A stretch of 64,000 nt of DNA from Perna viridis. Taxonomy: Eukaryota. Positions 1 to 12,135 of this stretch are shown piece by piece. The notes beneath the pieces were generated by a model. It was not told the DNA's origin. It made no database searches and worked only from the letters and a program-made list of their open reading frames with translations. How positions within the stretch are numbered: position 1 is the stretch's first letter; each line of letters opens with the position of its first letter. The stretch lies in NCBI GenBank assembly GCA_037379345.1, contig CM074515.1, forward strand, positions 36,709,743 through 36,773,742, written 5' to 3'. The position numbers and the translations under genes were made by a program.

Positions 1-344
1 GCAATTATTTAAATTTTGGTGGTAAGGATAGCACCAAAAACAAAAAAAATGTATGTATGCAAAGAATAAAACCCAACATGTAGACATGTGTCTCCAATCA
101 TTTAACGGTTCGGGCACAGTTTATTGTTATGTTTTGAAACCAAATGCACTTATATATTTTCAATTAGATCGTTACAATGTAAGGCTTAACTGACAAAAAA
201 AAAAAAACAATGTGAATGGAAACTAGTAATATAATTAAACGTTTGAAATACAATTTTAAAGGCTAATGAAAAGCAAAAATTGAAAGGCGTTTGTCATTTA
301 CAACTTATTATTATTTCAATATCGGTTAATTTGTGTATGTTCAG

Positions 345-3300
345 AATGTAGGAGCCACAATAGTTGACCATCACACTGCTTCAGAGTCTTTTATGACTTT
401 CATGCAAAATGAATACAAGCAAAGAGGAGGTTGCCCTGCTGATTGGGTATGGATCGTTCCTCCTATCAGTGGGAGTCTGACATCTGTCTTTCACCAAGAA
501 ATGTTGCTGTTTAAATTGAAACCATCGTATGAGTACCAGGTATATAGACTAGTTTATGTCTAGTGTTAATCTTTTCCTTGCATTTGTCGGTTTAATGAAA
601 TTCTCGTAAAAGCAACAAAAACCAGTATTTTTGCGTCTGCTTCTGTTATGCCTGAAATGATCTATCAAAACACGTTTTAAGTGTTAGAAGACACTAGTGA
701 TATGCATTAGTAAGGTTTATTACACTTCATATTTTTTTAATTTCAATGGTAAATAAAGTGTAATATTTTTACTAATTATATCAAAAGGCCTTGATTGTAC
801 TGTTTACCCGGACAACAGTTTTCTCTAATGACCGGAGAAAAATAGTTTCGTAATCATATTTTGCGTTTTTTTTTCTTCCGATTTTTATTTGCTAAAGTTT
901 ATATGTTCTCGAGGTTTATCCTTCTCAAAACGTTTAAATTTGATCAGACAACAATCAGCAATCATGGTCGCACATTTTGTTCACGGATTCTGAAAATTTG
1001 TCGACTGTTCCTTCGGGAAACAGTAAATTCATTACCACTAAATACCAACTCTTGCCTCAGGTAATAGAAGATATCTCGGGGTACTAATTTTTAGTTAAAA
1101 TCATTAAGACTCTAATTATTTAAATCAATGTTGCATTCTAAAGACAAGACAAGCAACATATTTTTAAAAAGAGTCTGAAAATTGTGACTGCCTTTTGTTA
1201 AAAATATATCTTTACCAGCGGAATAAGTGGAATAACTTTATCTTATTGGTGTATGCATTTGAAAGGATGAAGCATGGAAAACGTGGCGGAAGGAGATACA
1301 AATGAAACAGGGGATAACAAAACGACGACTTAGTTTCAAGACTATTGCTAGGTATTTATTCAAAAAGAGGCTTGTGAGTATGTTTTTATATATCAGTATT
1401 TTAAGCTCCCAATCTGAGGATTTAATGAAAAAAAATGATCTTCATTATTGAGACAAAGGCTGACCACTAAACAACGGGGTTGTAAAATTGTAAAAGTTTT
1501 GGATGAAAGAAATGTTTACGACTCAGATGGAATCAACAAAAATTATAATTAAACCATTGTTGTCTTCTGTTTATACCATGTGTGTTTCTCTAGTTTTCAC
1601 AGAGTTCAAGATTATTAATTTGTTCATTGTAAAATCCTTATTATAGAGCGTCAGTGATCAAATAACGACGTATGGATAGTAAATTAAAGTGAAAAAAATT
1701 GTAAATTCTCAAATTGAATGAAAATTATGAGTGCCACATTTATAAATTATAATCAACTTGGAGCGTGTTCTTCTTGGCCTTTTTAGTGAATATTTAATCA
1801 TTTGAAACATGTCCTAAATAAAAATAAAATTTAGAATAGAACTGCCATTGGAGAAGAGGGTTAGTTGCTAGATCAAGGAATAAAGTTCTACAGCTTTTCA
1901 TTATATATTTCTGAATTTAAAGTAAATTCCACTTAAGGTTGTTTTTTTTTATTTCAGTGCAGTTTTCCAATGGATTAGACTGATGAGACAGTGTATGGGA
2001 GAGCGAGTGAAATGTACCATTTTATTTGCTACCGAAACGGGCAAATCGGAAACGTTTGCCAAAACTCTACATAAAATCTTCAGGCAGACATTTGATTCTA
2101 GGGTACCATTTTTCATAATTTAAGACTAAAATATTCACTTTATTCCGTTTGGTATTCGCTTGTCTTGTATTTTGTATTACTTGTTTTATCATCATCTAAA
2201 AAAGGTTGATTATATCTCAGTTAATTTTATGTCCGATGTTTTCATGTAAATGAGTAAATTTGACATCGACAAATATAAATGATACGATTTTTTTAAAACT
2301 GAAAATAAATAAAAATAAAATAAACTGAATTTAAAAAAAAAATAGTACTTTCACTTAATTGTAACTTCAAATGTAACACAATTTTGTTTATAAAGTGTTA
2401 AGTTCAAACTTTGCTTTATAGTTTTATATTTTCATTTAGTCATTCTTCATAATAAACATATGTATGCTTATATCAGCAATTACCAAATCACCATCTACAA
2501 AAAAAAAACAAGGTATTAAAATACAATTGGAAAATTTAATAGATTTTAAATATGGATCAGTACAGTCTAGTAGATCTCCGGAAGGAAGCACTTGTTTTGT
2601 TTGTTACCAGTACTTTCGGGAACGGAGACCCACCTGAAAATGCAAAGGTAATATATGATACCGCCTTTCCGTACTTCAACATCTATTCATGGTTATATGA
2701 CTGAATTGCCAACCTCTGCCTGCCAATCTGTTTTCAATCACGAGGTAAACTTTATGGCAAGTTGTTTCAGAAGAAAGAATGGATCTGCGACTCCGATTTC
2801 GATAAATAGAAGATTTTCTATCATTTAATAATCAGTGATTAGAAGGAGTTAATATTTTACATCGCATCTATAAAACACAGATAAATGACACTAAAGGTCC
2901 TAAAAAGATCTGCACATTTCTTGAATTATACATGTACAACAAACGTAACAACTTATCATTTATGTTAATATCAAATTTACAAACGTCTCGTGGCGACATC
3001 CTTTGACCCACGCGAATAGAATTGCCATATCGCAGCTCATGATCATATGTTTTGTACCGTACTGAACTTTGTAAGCAAACAAGGGATAAGAATGTCAAAT
3101 GGAATGTTATTACTATAACTTGAACAAAAAGCAAAAAAACCTTAATTATTCAGAGTGTTTTGTTTGGTAAATTGAATGTACAACATTTCTATGAACATTT
3201 CGTTGCAGCAATTTGCACACGACATTACAACAGTCAAAGACCTTCCTATTCGTATGAAGTAAGTTAGAACAATTTAAATTGTAATTATAATTAAAAGAAA

Positions 3301-6300
3301 GTACACATCTAATGGATTGATTCAAAATTCATAAATCCATGATGTATAAGTGAAAATGTTTCGGATTTTACAGCATATGTTTAACGAACTAAAACTTCGA
3401 TTTTAAAGACAATATTCTTTTCCTATAAAGTTATTTATTGATTATTTAAGAAGAACAATTAACAGCTTTGAAACATTAAATTCGATTATATTTAATGCGC
3501 TTCATTTTTTTTCAGCGGCGGCAAAAATGGTGATATCATCAACGGGAGACGTTCACTAAGAACACCAAACGGACGTTCTTTAAGTTCACTAGGACATATC
3601 AAGTTTTCTGTTTTCGGATTGGGATCTAGGGCTTATCCAAAGTTCTGTGCATTTAGCCATTTTATAGACAGAACAATGGAAACATTAGGAGCAACACGGA
3701 TATACAGCTTGGGAGAAGGGGATGAATTGAGTGGTCAGGAGGAATCGTTCCGAAACTGGGCCAAAAATACTTATCAGGTATTATTACTTAATTTCAGAGA
3801 TATTGTATACTTGTTACATATATAAAATATTGAATTGCCAGTAAAAGAATTGAGAACTTTCGTCATTTTCAACAAAGTCACATGAACTGTCAGTTGGATA
3901 ATCAGTTTCCATTTGAAGTCGGTATACAAGAAAATATTTGATTTGGAAATATGTGGACACATTGGAGCAGTATGGAAATATATGTTTAGTGCATATAAAT
4001 ACATAAACACATAAATGATTTCCAAAATGATACGATAACATATTTATTTCATACATTATTCAATGTAAAAGCTTTTACTCCACGTATTTTAATTTTCATG
4101 AATTATTTCGTTAGTCCTAAACATATGTCAACAGTTTTTTATGGTGTACCTAAACGTATGAAAATTATATGATAATCATTTTATATCTGTTTTTCAAACT
4201 ATATAAAAATGCTCCTGTGTATCGGTTAACAATGCTCCTTTATTCCACAGGTAGCATGTAGGTCCTATAATATTGGCAGCAAAAGTGGAGTAAAAAACGA
4301 CGCGTCAGATGTATTGGAAAAAACAGACACAAGTTGGTCGCCTGGAAAGTACAGGATAGTAATGGCAACTGATAGGCCTCTTCCATTACAAGAAGGTAAA
4401 TTTACATAGTGTTAATTAATTACAGCTTCTGTAATAAGGTTATGTTGTTATAGGATTAAAGTCATAACTACAGAAGTTTTATGGTCGTCATCATGAACTC
4501 ATAGATCGTTACGGTGTATCAATCTGTACCATGAAAACTGATTTGTTCAACGTGTCATAGTTTACCTTTCCTCTTTCGGCTACCCCGGACTTGACTTTAA
4601 TTAGCAATTCGGCAGCCGCTTGTAGAAAAACAGAGGACACTTACCCTATCGGTGCACCTGGTCCATGCTCCCAGTTTTTAGTAGATTCCGAGTAGTTCAT
4701 TTACTTTTGTTACTTTGCATGTATTATTTTAGTTACTTTATGTTCTTTGTTGTGTTTTCTGTTTCCCATGTCTGGTCTCTGTCCCTGGATTACATTCTTT
4801 TGATTTCCGCTAGAATCTTGGTACCCTTGATTACTCTCTTACATTCGCGAGTAATTTATTTTCACTATCTTAGCGAGCAAGAAAACACACCGAAAACTAC
4901 TATCCGCGAATGATTATCTTTCTAATAAAGCACCGTTGGATGCGAAACTTAATAACCGCAAAACTGAGTTTTCTTCCAAGATTGCGCAAATATGTATTCG
5001 CGAATATAAATTGGTTAGCCGTATTAATTTTTGGAAAAAAATGCAAGTGACATGGAATAGATAAGCCTGTCTGTTGTAAATATCTATATCTAACCAATAT
5101 ATGACATTTTTCTATGTAGAATTTAGTGGATCAAGACATAAACAATTATTTCTCATTACAGTCATAGGCTCCTTAAACTTTTTTTATTAAGTTATATTTT
5201 TATCAATAAAGAATTAAACATTTAATTCTTTACAAATTCATGATGTTATACTTATACAAAGTTAATTACGTTTAAAAAAATGCAGAGAGAACAGCTCAAT
5301 TTGTATATATTTGACTTTGGATTTTCAAATTAAGATTTGAAGAATTTTTTTTTGTTGAGAATTCTTGATATCCATTTGCAATAATTCCGTTTGCTTCCAT
5401 TCAAGAGCTGGAACGGTTATTCAAGAAGATTGTATTTCCATGTAGACTGAAAGAGAGAAAAAGACTAGACACAAGAGGCTCAAGGTATGTGCAAAGAACA
5501 ATAAAAAAAAAAACAAAATAAAATTAAAGCATTTCATTTTAATGGCTTTCTGCGACCACGCCAAAAAAACTTAGAAATGCTGTACGAATTATGTTTTTCA
5601 AGGCTTTATGTCAAGTTTAATAACGAAGACTATCTTCAAATAAAAGCAATTATGAACCAATTAGAGGATAAGTTCACTTTTTCAAAACTTTTATTTATCC
5701 TAGATTTTTATATTGTTTTATATTTCAGTCGTCGCACTATATTAGCGAAAATCGACATTAGACAGCATCTGGATGCAATGCAGTATAGTCCAGGAGATCA
5801 TGTACTATTGTATCCTGAGAATTCACCTAAACTAGTGTACCAGCTTATTAGACTTCTAGATGATGTTCCTCCAGAGAATCAGCAAATAATGGTAGAAAGA
5901 CGAGCTCACAGTCAGGGTTCTATTTCAGGTAAAGAAAATAGAACCTGCTCTTATGGAACAAGATAAGCTGACCATCTATTCGAACTACTTATTTTGTTGC
6001 TTAAGATGCTTACTTTTCTTTTGCACATTATACCACATGAGTTATATATTTTTTTCTGAAAAATTGTACTAAACGCCGTGATGTTGATAATCTGTACGTA
6101 ATACAATTTTAACACAACATACAAATGACTAACTTCAAAAGATCATGTATAGCGAATTAACTTTTACAGACAACTAAAACCAAGACTAGATAAGGTATGC
6201 TGTACTTGGTTGGCAAAAAAAAACACATTGAGTGGCATGAGGCATCAAGTTTAAATCATTCTAACTTTATCATTTTTAAAGATAATTTAATCATTCTTTT

Positions 6301-9300
6301 TGTCCCTAAACTGCAAATAATAGTCATAAAATTTTAATAATAACTTTATCTAGAAATAGAGGTTTACATATAAATATGATTACAAATTTATTTTCTAAGT
6401 AAAAGTGTTATAAATTCACATACAAAATGCGAATTTCTTTAGCTAAATGATTCATTTTACATAACCAAAATTGGATATAAAATTACAAAGTTTTGAAAAT
6501 TGGGATTCTAATCATGAAATTGTCAATTGTTTATTTAGTTGTTTATTTGCAAATTGACACTTAATGATATGCAAATTAGTGAATATGACATCAATAATAA
6601 GATTGGGGAACTCTCTCATACATTTTTACTTAGTCTGTAGATAGATATATGTGAGATTTATTTCAACTAGCTGGAAGGAAAGGCTTTTTAATTTCAAAAG
6701 CATGTCAAAATGTAACACTTTTTAATATTTAGAAATAAGTAGTTGGAAGCCACATGACCGATTACCAGTTGGAACATTAGAGAGTTTACTGACTACATAC
6801 CTTGACATAACAACACCACCCACTCAAGAATTTCTCAGCTTACTGTCAACACTTGCTGAATCAGCAGAGGATAGAATAAAAATAAAACGTCTAGTTAATG
6901 TAAGGATTAGTATTCAAATTAAAACAAGTAAGGTTAAAGAAATGATGAACAGAAAAAAATTCAAAAGCAGACAAAAGGTGAAACAAACCAAAGACATAAA
7001 CAACACGATCTACATTATGAAAAAAGAGCAGATCCACCAGTAGTGTAAGCGTCATCTACTTCAAGCCACGCATTTACATCATATATGTTATAAATATGTA
7101 TATAAATTGGCATAGTTTCAGGTGGCATTTTTCATGACGATAATGACTTGTGCCTTTTTGTGTTCTTTTATATGGTCTGTACTTGGCATTTCAAATTTGT
7201 TTTCAACAATGATAACAATTTTATGTATACTTTATTATCTTGAGTTTGTTTCAGAGCTCCCTGGCTTACAATGAATGGAAGAATTATGGAATGCCCTCTG
7301 TACCAGATACAATGAAAATGTTCCGATCTTTGCGAGTGCCCGCCGCCTTTCTTTTGACTCAGCTCCCCCTACTACAACCGCGGTATTACAGTATAAGCTC
7401 CTCCTTAGATGCTTGTCCAGGTGAAGTACACGTAACGGCTGAAGTAGTGGAATATCAGACACAAGGTACTGTTGTGAGAGAGCTTAATTGATGTTCGTAT
7501 CAAGCGTATTTTGAAAAAAAAAATTATTCTGGCAGAAGCAATGTACTTTTCATCAGATTTTTTTGTGTGTCAAATTCGGAACTCCGTTTGGATTGCCGGC
7601 ACATATTCTCTCCGTTATTGACTAGGCATGGAAGGTGATATTTTATTTTTTTATAATATCATATTCACAACTACGGCTTGTCGTGATGATATTTTTTCTT
7701 TTTAATTTCTCTTCATTTACTATATGTGATATATATTTCCAGATGGCTCATTACACAAGGGTGTTTGTAGTAACTACTTGAATGACTTACCCATAGGAGA
7801 AAATATCATGTGTTCTATACGAGTGTAAGTTAGCCTGTTCGTATAACTTTAAAGAACACACCTACTTTACCCATATAGGTTTTTTCAACTTCTGAATGAT
7901 TTTATTACTATTCTCACAGTAAGCAACAAGTGGCATGCAATAGTTGATTTCACCAAAGTTTCAACGAATCTCTGCATAATATCCTTTCTAAAGGTCCCAA
8001 GTACCGTGAACCACGTTCATAAATTGGAATTATAACTTTAAAGTTCTTATGGATGCCGTCGAGGACTATGCAAGAAAAAGAATAAAACGAGAACAAGAAG
8101 ATAATGATTTTCTGTCAGAGTGGTTAAAGGCCGTGAGGTCTGTAATTTTGAAACGAATGAAAGTTTTAAGTTTGTCAATGAGTGCCAAGGCTACATCAGT
8201 TTTCAAAGACCCCGATGTAGCAAAAACATTGTCTACTAGACATGAAAAATATGTTGTCATACCAGCAGACAAAGCCCAAAACAACATTATTTTTGTCTGC
8301 TAAACGTTTTACATCCAATGTTTACTATCAGAGGTAGGCGAAGAAAATAATAGCAGTGATTAGTCTTACACTGCTACCACACTCTCCAAAGAAGAGATTG
8401 TGGAAAACCATAAATCTGTGCTATTCTCGTTTGGTCTCCCTACCAAGGACGATGATTGGGATTTACCATCTATGTACTGGATTCCTGAACTCCACAAAAA
8501 TCCATACAAACAACGTTTCATAGCTGAATCTGAAAAATGTACCTCTTTCAAAACTTGACTTCTATACTCACAACTGTCAAAGAGGGTCTGCAGTCCTACC
8601 ACAACACTTGTTACTCCCGTAGTGGTATTAAGGTTACAGACCACCAATTCAACCAATGAGCATTTGGAACGTACGCAAAAATAGTCCTACGCAGAAATTA
8701 CCCCTGTTCCTCATAGTGCTGTGAAAAAAGTTCTCATCTTATTTAAAAAATTTAAACAGTTTCTGACAGGAAAAAACATTTCTGTACATTTTATAGGTGC
8801 ATTTTGCTTCTCGTGATGTGAAGCCTAATCTCCATAATGATTTTTAAATATACCCCTATCTTGTGAAAACACTGGGATTTCCCATGCTATTTATAGACCC
8901 TTCACTTCCGGTGACCAGTACTGCACTGCAAGTCTGCTAACCCCACATGCCATTCTGAGGATTGTGAGCTGACATATGTAGAATCATGCTGATATATAGT
9001 CCTCTGCAGGTTAAAGTTAAGGTAAAGTCCAGAGAAGCCATTGAATATTGTGAAATTAGCATAGAAGCCTATGGGAAGTGGAATTAGTGGTTTTTAGCCT
9101 TAATTCAATGTGGATTCTGAAAAATTCGAAAGATCTTTTGGAGACAATTAGTTCAAGACTATTATCTTAATATAATAGCATTAAAATCTATGATTTTTCA
9201 ACACTGTATACTTCTATTCCACATACTCAGTTAAAATCCCGAATTAAAACATTATACATCGTTGTTTTTCAAAAAAGATGGTACACCTAGATAAAAATAT

Positions 9301-12135
9301 ATAGTTCTTGGTAGAGATTCCTCATACTTTGTAAGAAATAATTCCAAGTCATCTTCCAATTATACAGAAGAAAATGTCTACAAAATGCTGGAATGTTTAA
9401 TCGACAACATATTTGAGTGTGGTGAACGTGTTTTTCAACAAATGGTCGACACTCCAATGGGAACAAATTGTGCTGCTTTACTTGCTGGCCTATTCCTTGA
9501 CTCTTATGAGGCTGACTTTATAGTTGATCTGCGCCATGAAAACTGGTTTATTCAACGGGTCATAGTTTTCTTTTCCTCGTTTGACTACCCCGGAGTTGAC
9601 TTTTTATGAGCAACTCGTTCGGTGCACCTGGTCCATGTTCCCAGTTTTTAGTGGAGTCCGAGTTGCTCATTTGCTTTTGTTACTTTGTATATATGTTTTT
9701 AGTTACTATATTTTCTTTGTTGTGTATGTCTGTTTTCCATGTCTGGTATTTGTCCCTGGATTACATTCTTTTGATTATCGCTATAACCTTGGTTTCCTTG
9801 ATTACTTTTTCATAATTAGAATTGTTTGTATGAAATAATGTCATGACAGCAAATAACATATAACATGAATATTTACTAAGGATTACACTTAATAGAATTT
9901 TTGCGAGGTATACCACTAAACTTTAATTGCTACTTTACATATCAATTCTGTTCATTTTATTACATATAGGGCACCATTGTTTCACTTACCGAAAGATCAA
10001 TCTGTTCCAATATTAATGGTTGGTCCTGGAACTGGAATAGCTCCTTTCCGGAGCTTTTGGATGCAAAGGAAATTTGACACAAGATATTCTAGAGGTGGGT
10101 TTGTTTTCGAGTACCCACCTTGTGTTGTTAGTAATCGCAGTATTTTTTTTACACTCAACGACCTTTTCATTCTTTATTACTTGTTGTCCTACTTTTCTTT
10201 CTGTCAATCAAAATTTTTCAAAGTTTTGAAGAATTTGTGAAAATTTTAAAATTTAAAACATGACAGTACCTTTTTTGACAAAATTGTTAAATTATCAAAT
10301 GGCTAATTGTTCAAACGTCTAGCTTACATCATATTTTTTTTCATCCTTTATATATGTTTATCATCTAATTGTATCTTTCACAGATTTTCTTTTCCCAGTT
10401 CTACGTTTGAAATATTGTCATTGCGTTGCTAAGTATTAATGTCTGTATTTGGTTGTTCTCTTAATATTATCTGTTTTCCTTGTACTTAGTCATCAAAGGC
10501 ATGGAATTTTCCACTGATTACATTGGAGAAACTCTACGTAGATGAATTTAATGCCTGTTTTTTAATATTTAATTTTTTTAAATTTTTATATTTCTTTTGC
10601 AGGTTACTATGGGAGTACATATGGCGAGATGTTTCTTTATTTTGGTTGCCGGAATGCAACTGATGACAACATCTATGTTGAGGAACTGCAGATTTGTGAG
10701 AGAGAACGAACTCTGACAAAATGTTTCTATGCGTTTTCGCGAGAAGTAGGAATCAGGAAAGTTAGTAATTAATCCGCTTTTTGTTTTTTTGTTTTTGTTG
10801 TTTTTGTTGTTTTTATTCTTTTTGTTATAGATATAAGCAAAATGTATTAAACAAAGAGCAACAAAAGTTGATGAAAATTATGTATCATATCTAATCAGAC
10901 TGCTATAAATATTTTATACGGTTGAAAATATGAAGAAAAAATTGTAAAATTTGATTTTTACTGGTAGTGATTTGGTGACATATTAAGAGGTCATCTTAAG
11001 GTCAATCTGTATCTTCTACGAATGAAAATAAAGCTAAATAATGAAGGTATTTTGGCAACATATCCAGAGAGTATTGATATAATATTTCAGTGGGAAAAAT
11101 ATATAGATTCTAGTCGTCATGGGTCATAATAGCCATTTGTAGGATTTATTTTTGTTCATTTCCAAATAATCTGCATTGTTTTAATCTGGTCAAACATTTT
11201 ATGTTTCTATAGACCTACGTCCAGGATCTTCTGAACAGAAATGGTAGAGATGTATACAGGAAGCTTATCATAGAAAAAGGACACTTATACATATGTGGTA
11301 ATGTGCAGATGGCTTCTGATGTGAAAGCAATGGTTCGAGATATTATCATGACTCTAGGAGGAATAAATGAAAGACAGGCAGACGAATATTTGTACAAAAT
11401 GAAGGTGAATTTTATTTTTATAAGCGCCGTGCGAAAAAGTAAATTAAAACGTTTCTCGATCTAAAGGGAGCTTTGCACTTTTGAGGTTGCAACTCTAATT
11501 AATTTTCAGGCCGATTTCCTGAATTTAAGACTCCCTTTATTTTTTTTTAATTTTATTTGTCTAGTTCTTTTTCTATTATCATTTTACTTTGTTCATTCTG
11601 GTCACCGTGCCTGACAAAATCTAATATGATTTGTTGATTATTTATGCCTATATATGAGATAATGGTTACTAGTATGTGAGAGGTCTTTGCCTTGAAAATT
11701 GGGCAGTTATGCACATAAATATTTTATGTTCGGTTGAACAGGGTGAATTTAAAATATAATTTCTATTATCATTTTTACTTTGTTCACCCTTAGCTCTACG
11801 TCACAAGATGTCTTGTTTAGTTCTTGTACTGTCTGCATGAATAAGAAAGGATTTCATTTCTTGTAATTTAAATCTGATGATTGAATTAAACCACTCACAA
11901 CACTGAATTTGAATCAAACTATTCAAGATTTTCCTCTTTCTTACCCTGACAGACTTTTCCCAAAAACGTTGCTGAACCTAAATGTAGCAGTTTAATTGTT
12001 CGCCATTAAGGTTGAGCATAGCTTAAGATTAAAGTCTGGGATATTTTGTGATTTCAGGATGATAACCGTTTGCATGAAGACATTTTTGGACTGGCAGTAA
12101 GAAAAAGGAGAAGTGCATCTGCAAGGCGTTATTAA
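345..12135 (+). CDS. NOS: Nitric oxide synthase, 3' part (end of oxygenase domain, CaM-binding linker, FMN/FAD/NADPH reductase); 5' exons lie upstream of the window
   Basis: 16 phase-consistent GT-AG exons: 345-539, 1266-1351, 1958-2102, 2543-2647, 3209-3258, 3516-3777, 4251-4395, 5406-5484, 5729-5928, 6733-6899, 7255-7465, 7743-7824, 9970-10094, 10603-10760, 11213-11404, 12058-12135 (2280 nt, 759 aa + stop). Motifs: [102 protein letters not shown]. Confidence 0.96.
800..1023. mobile_element. Small TA-flanked MITE in NOS intron
   Basis: Imperfect TIR: ta-ctgtttacccggacaacag ... ctgttccttcgggaaacag-ta. Confidence 0.5.
4420..4838 (+). mobile_element. 5'-truncated Penelope-like element 3' end (ORF C-terminus plus terminal repeat)
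   Basis: Translates to ..[30 protein letters not shown], followed by the cttaccctatcggtgcacctggtccatg...cttgattactct block also seen at 9530-9810 and 46750-47374. Confidence 0.75.
7985..9810 (+). mobile_element. Decayed Penelope-like retroelement (RT region; probably Naiad-type with C-terminal RT) in NOS intron, interrupted by a DNA transposon
   Basis: Broken frames [99 protein letters not shown]. Contains stops, frameshifts and an internal deletion, and ends in the shared 3' repeat block. Confidence 0.85.
8632..9099. mobile_element. Non-autonomous TTAA-specific DNA transposon (Kolobok-like) nested in the Penelope-like element
   Basis: TTAA at 8628-8631 and 9100-9103. Imperfect TIR ggttacagaccaccaattc / gaattagtggtttttagcc with GG...CC termini. 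Removing it rejoins the host RT reading SGIN.MWILKNS. Confidence 0.75.

Noticed and set aside
4560-4838. Hammerhead ribozyme in the Penelope-like terminal repeat
   Set aside because: No CUGANGA...GAAA core was recognisable by eye in the copies here.
4665-4913. Hydrophobic ORFs (also 9581-9838, 9606-9815, 47237-47440) as a small membrane-protein family
   Set aside because: They are translations of the T-rich retroelement 3' repeat, in inconsistent frames.
7985-9530. Selenocysteine recoding in the Penelope-like ORF (reported for some Naiad elements)
   Set aside because: The visible interruptions are TAA/TAG stops and frameshifts. I could not identify an in-frame TGA at a Cys-like position or a SECIS.
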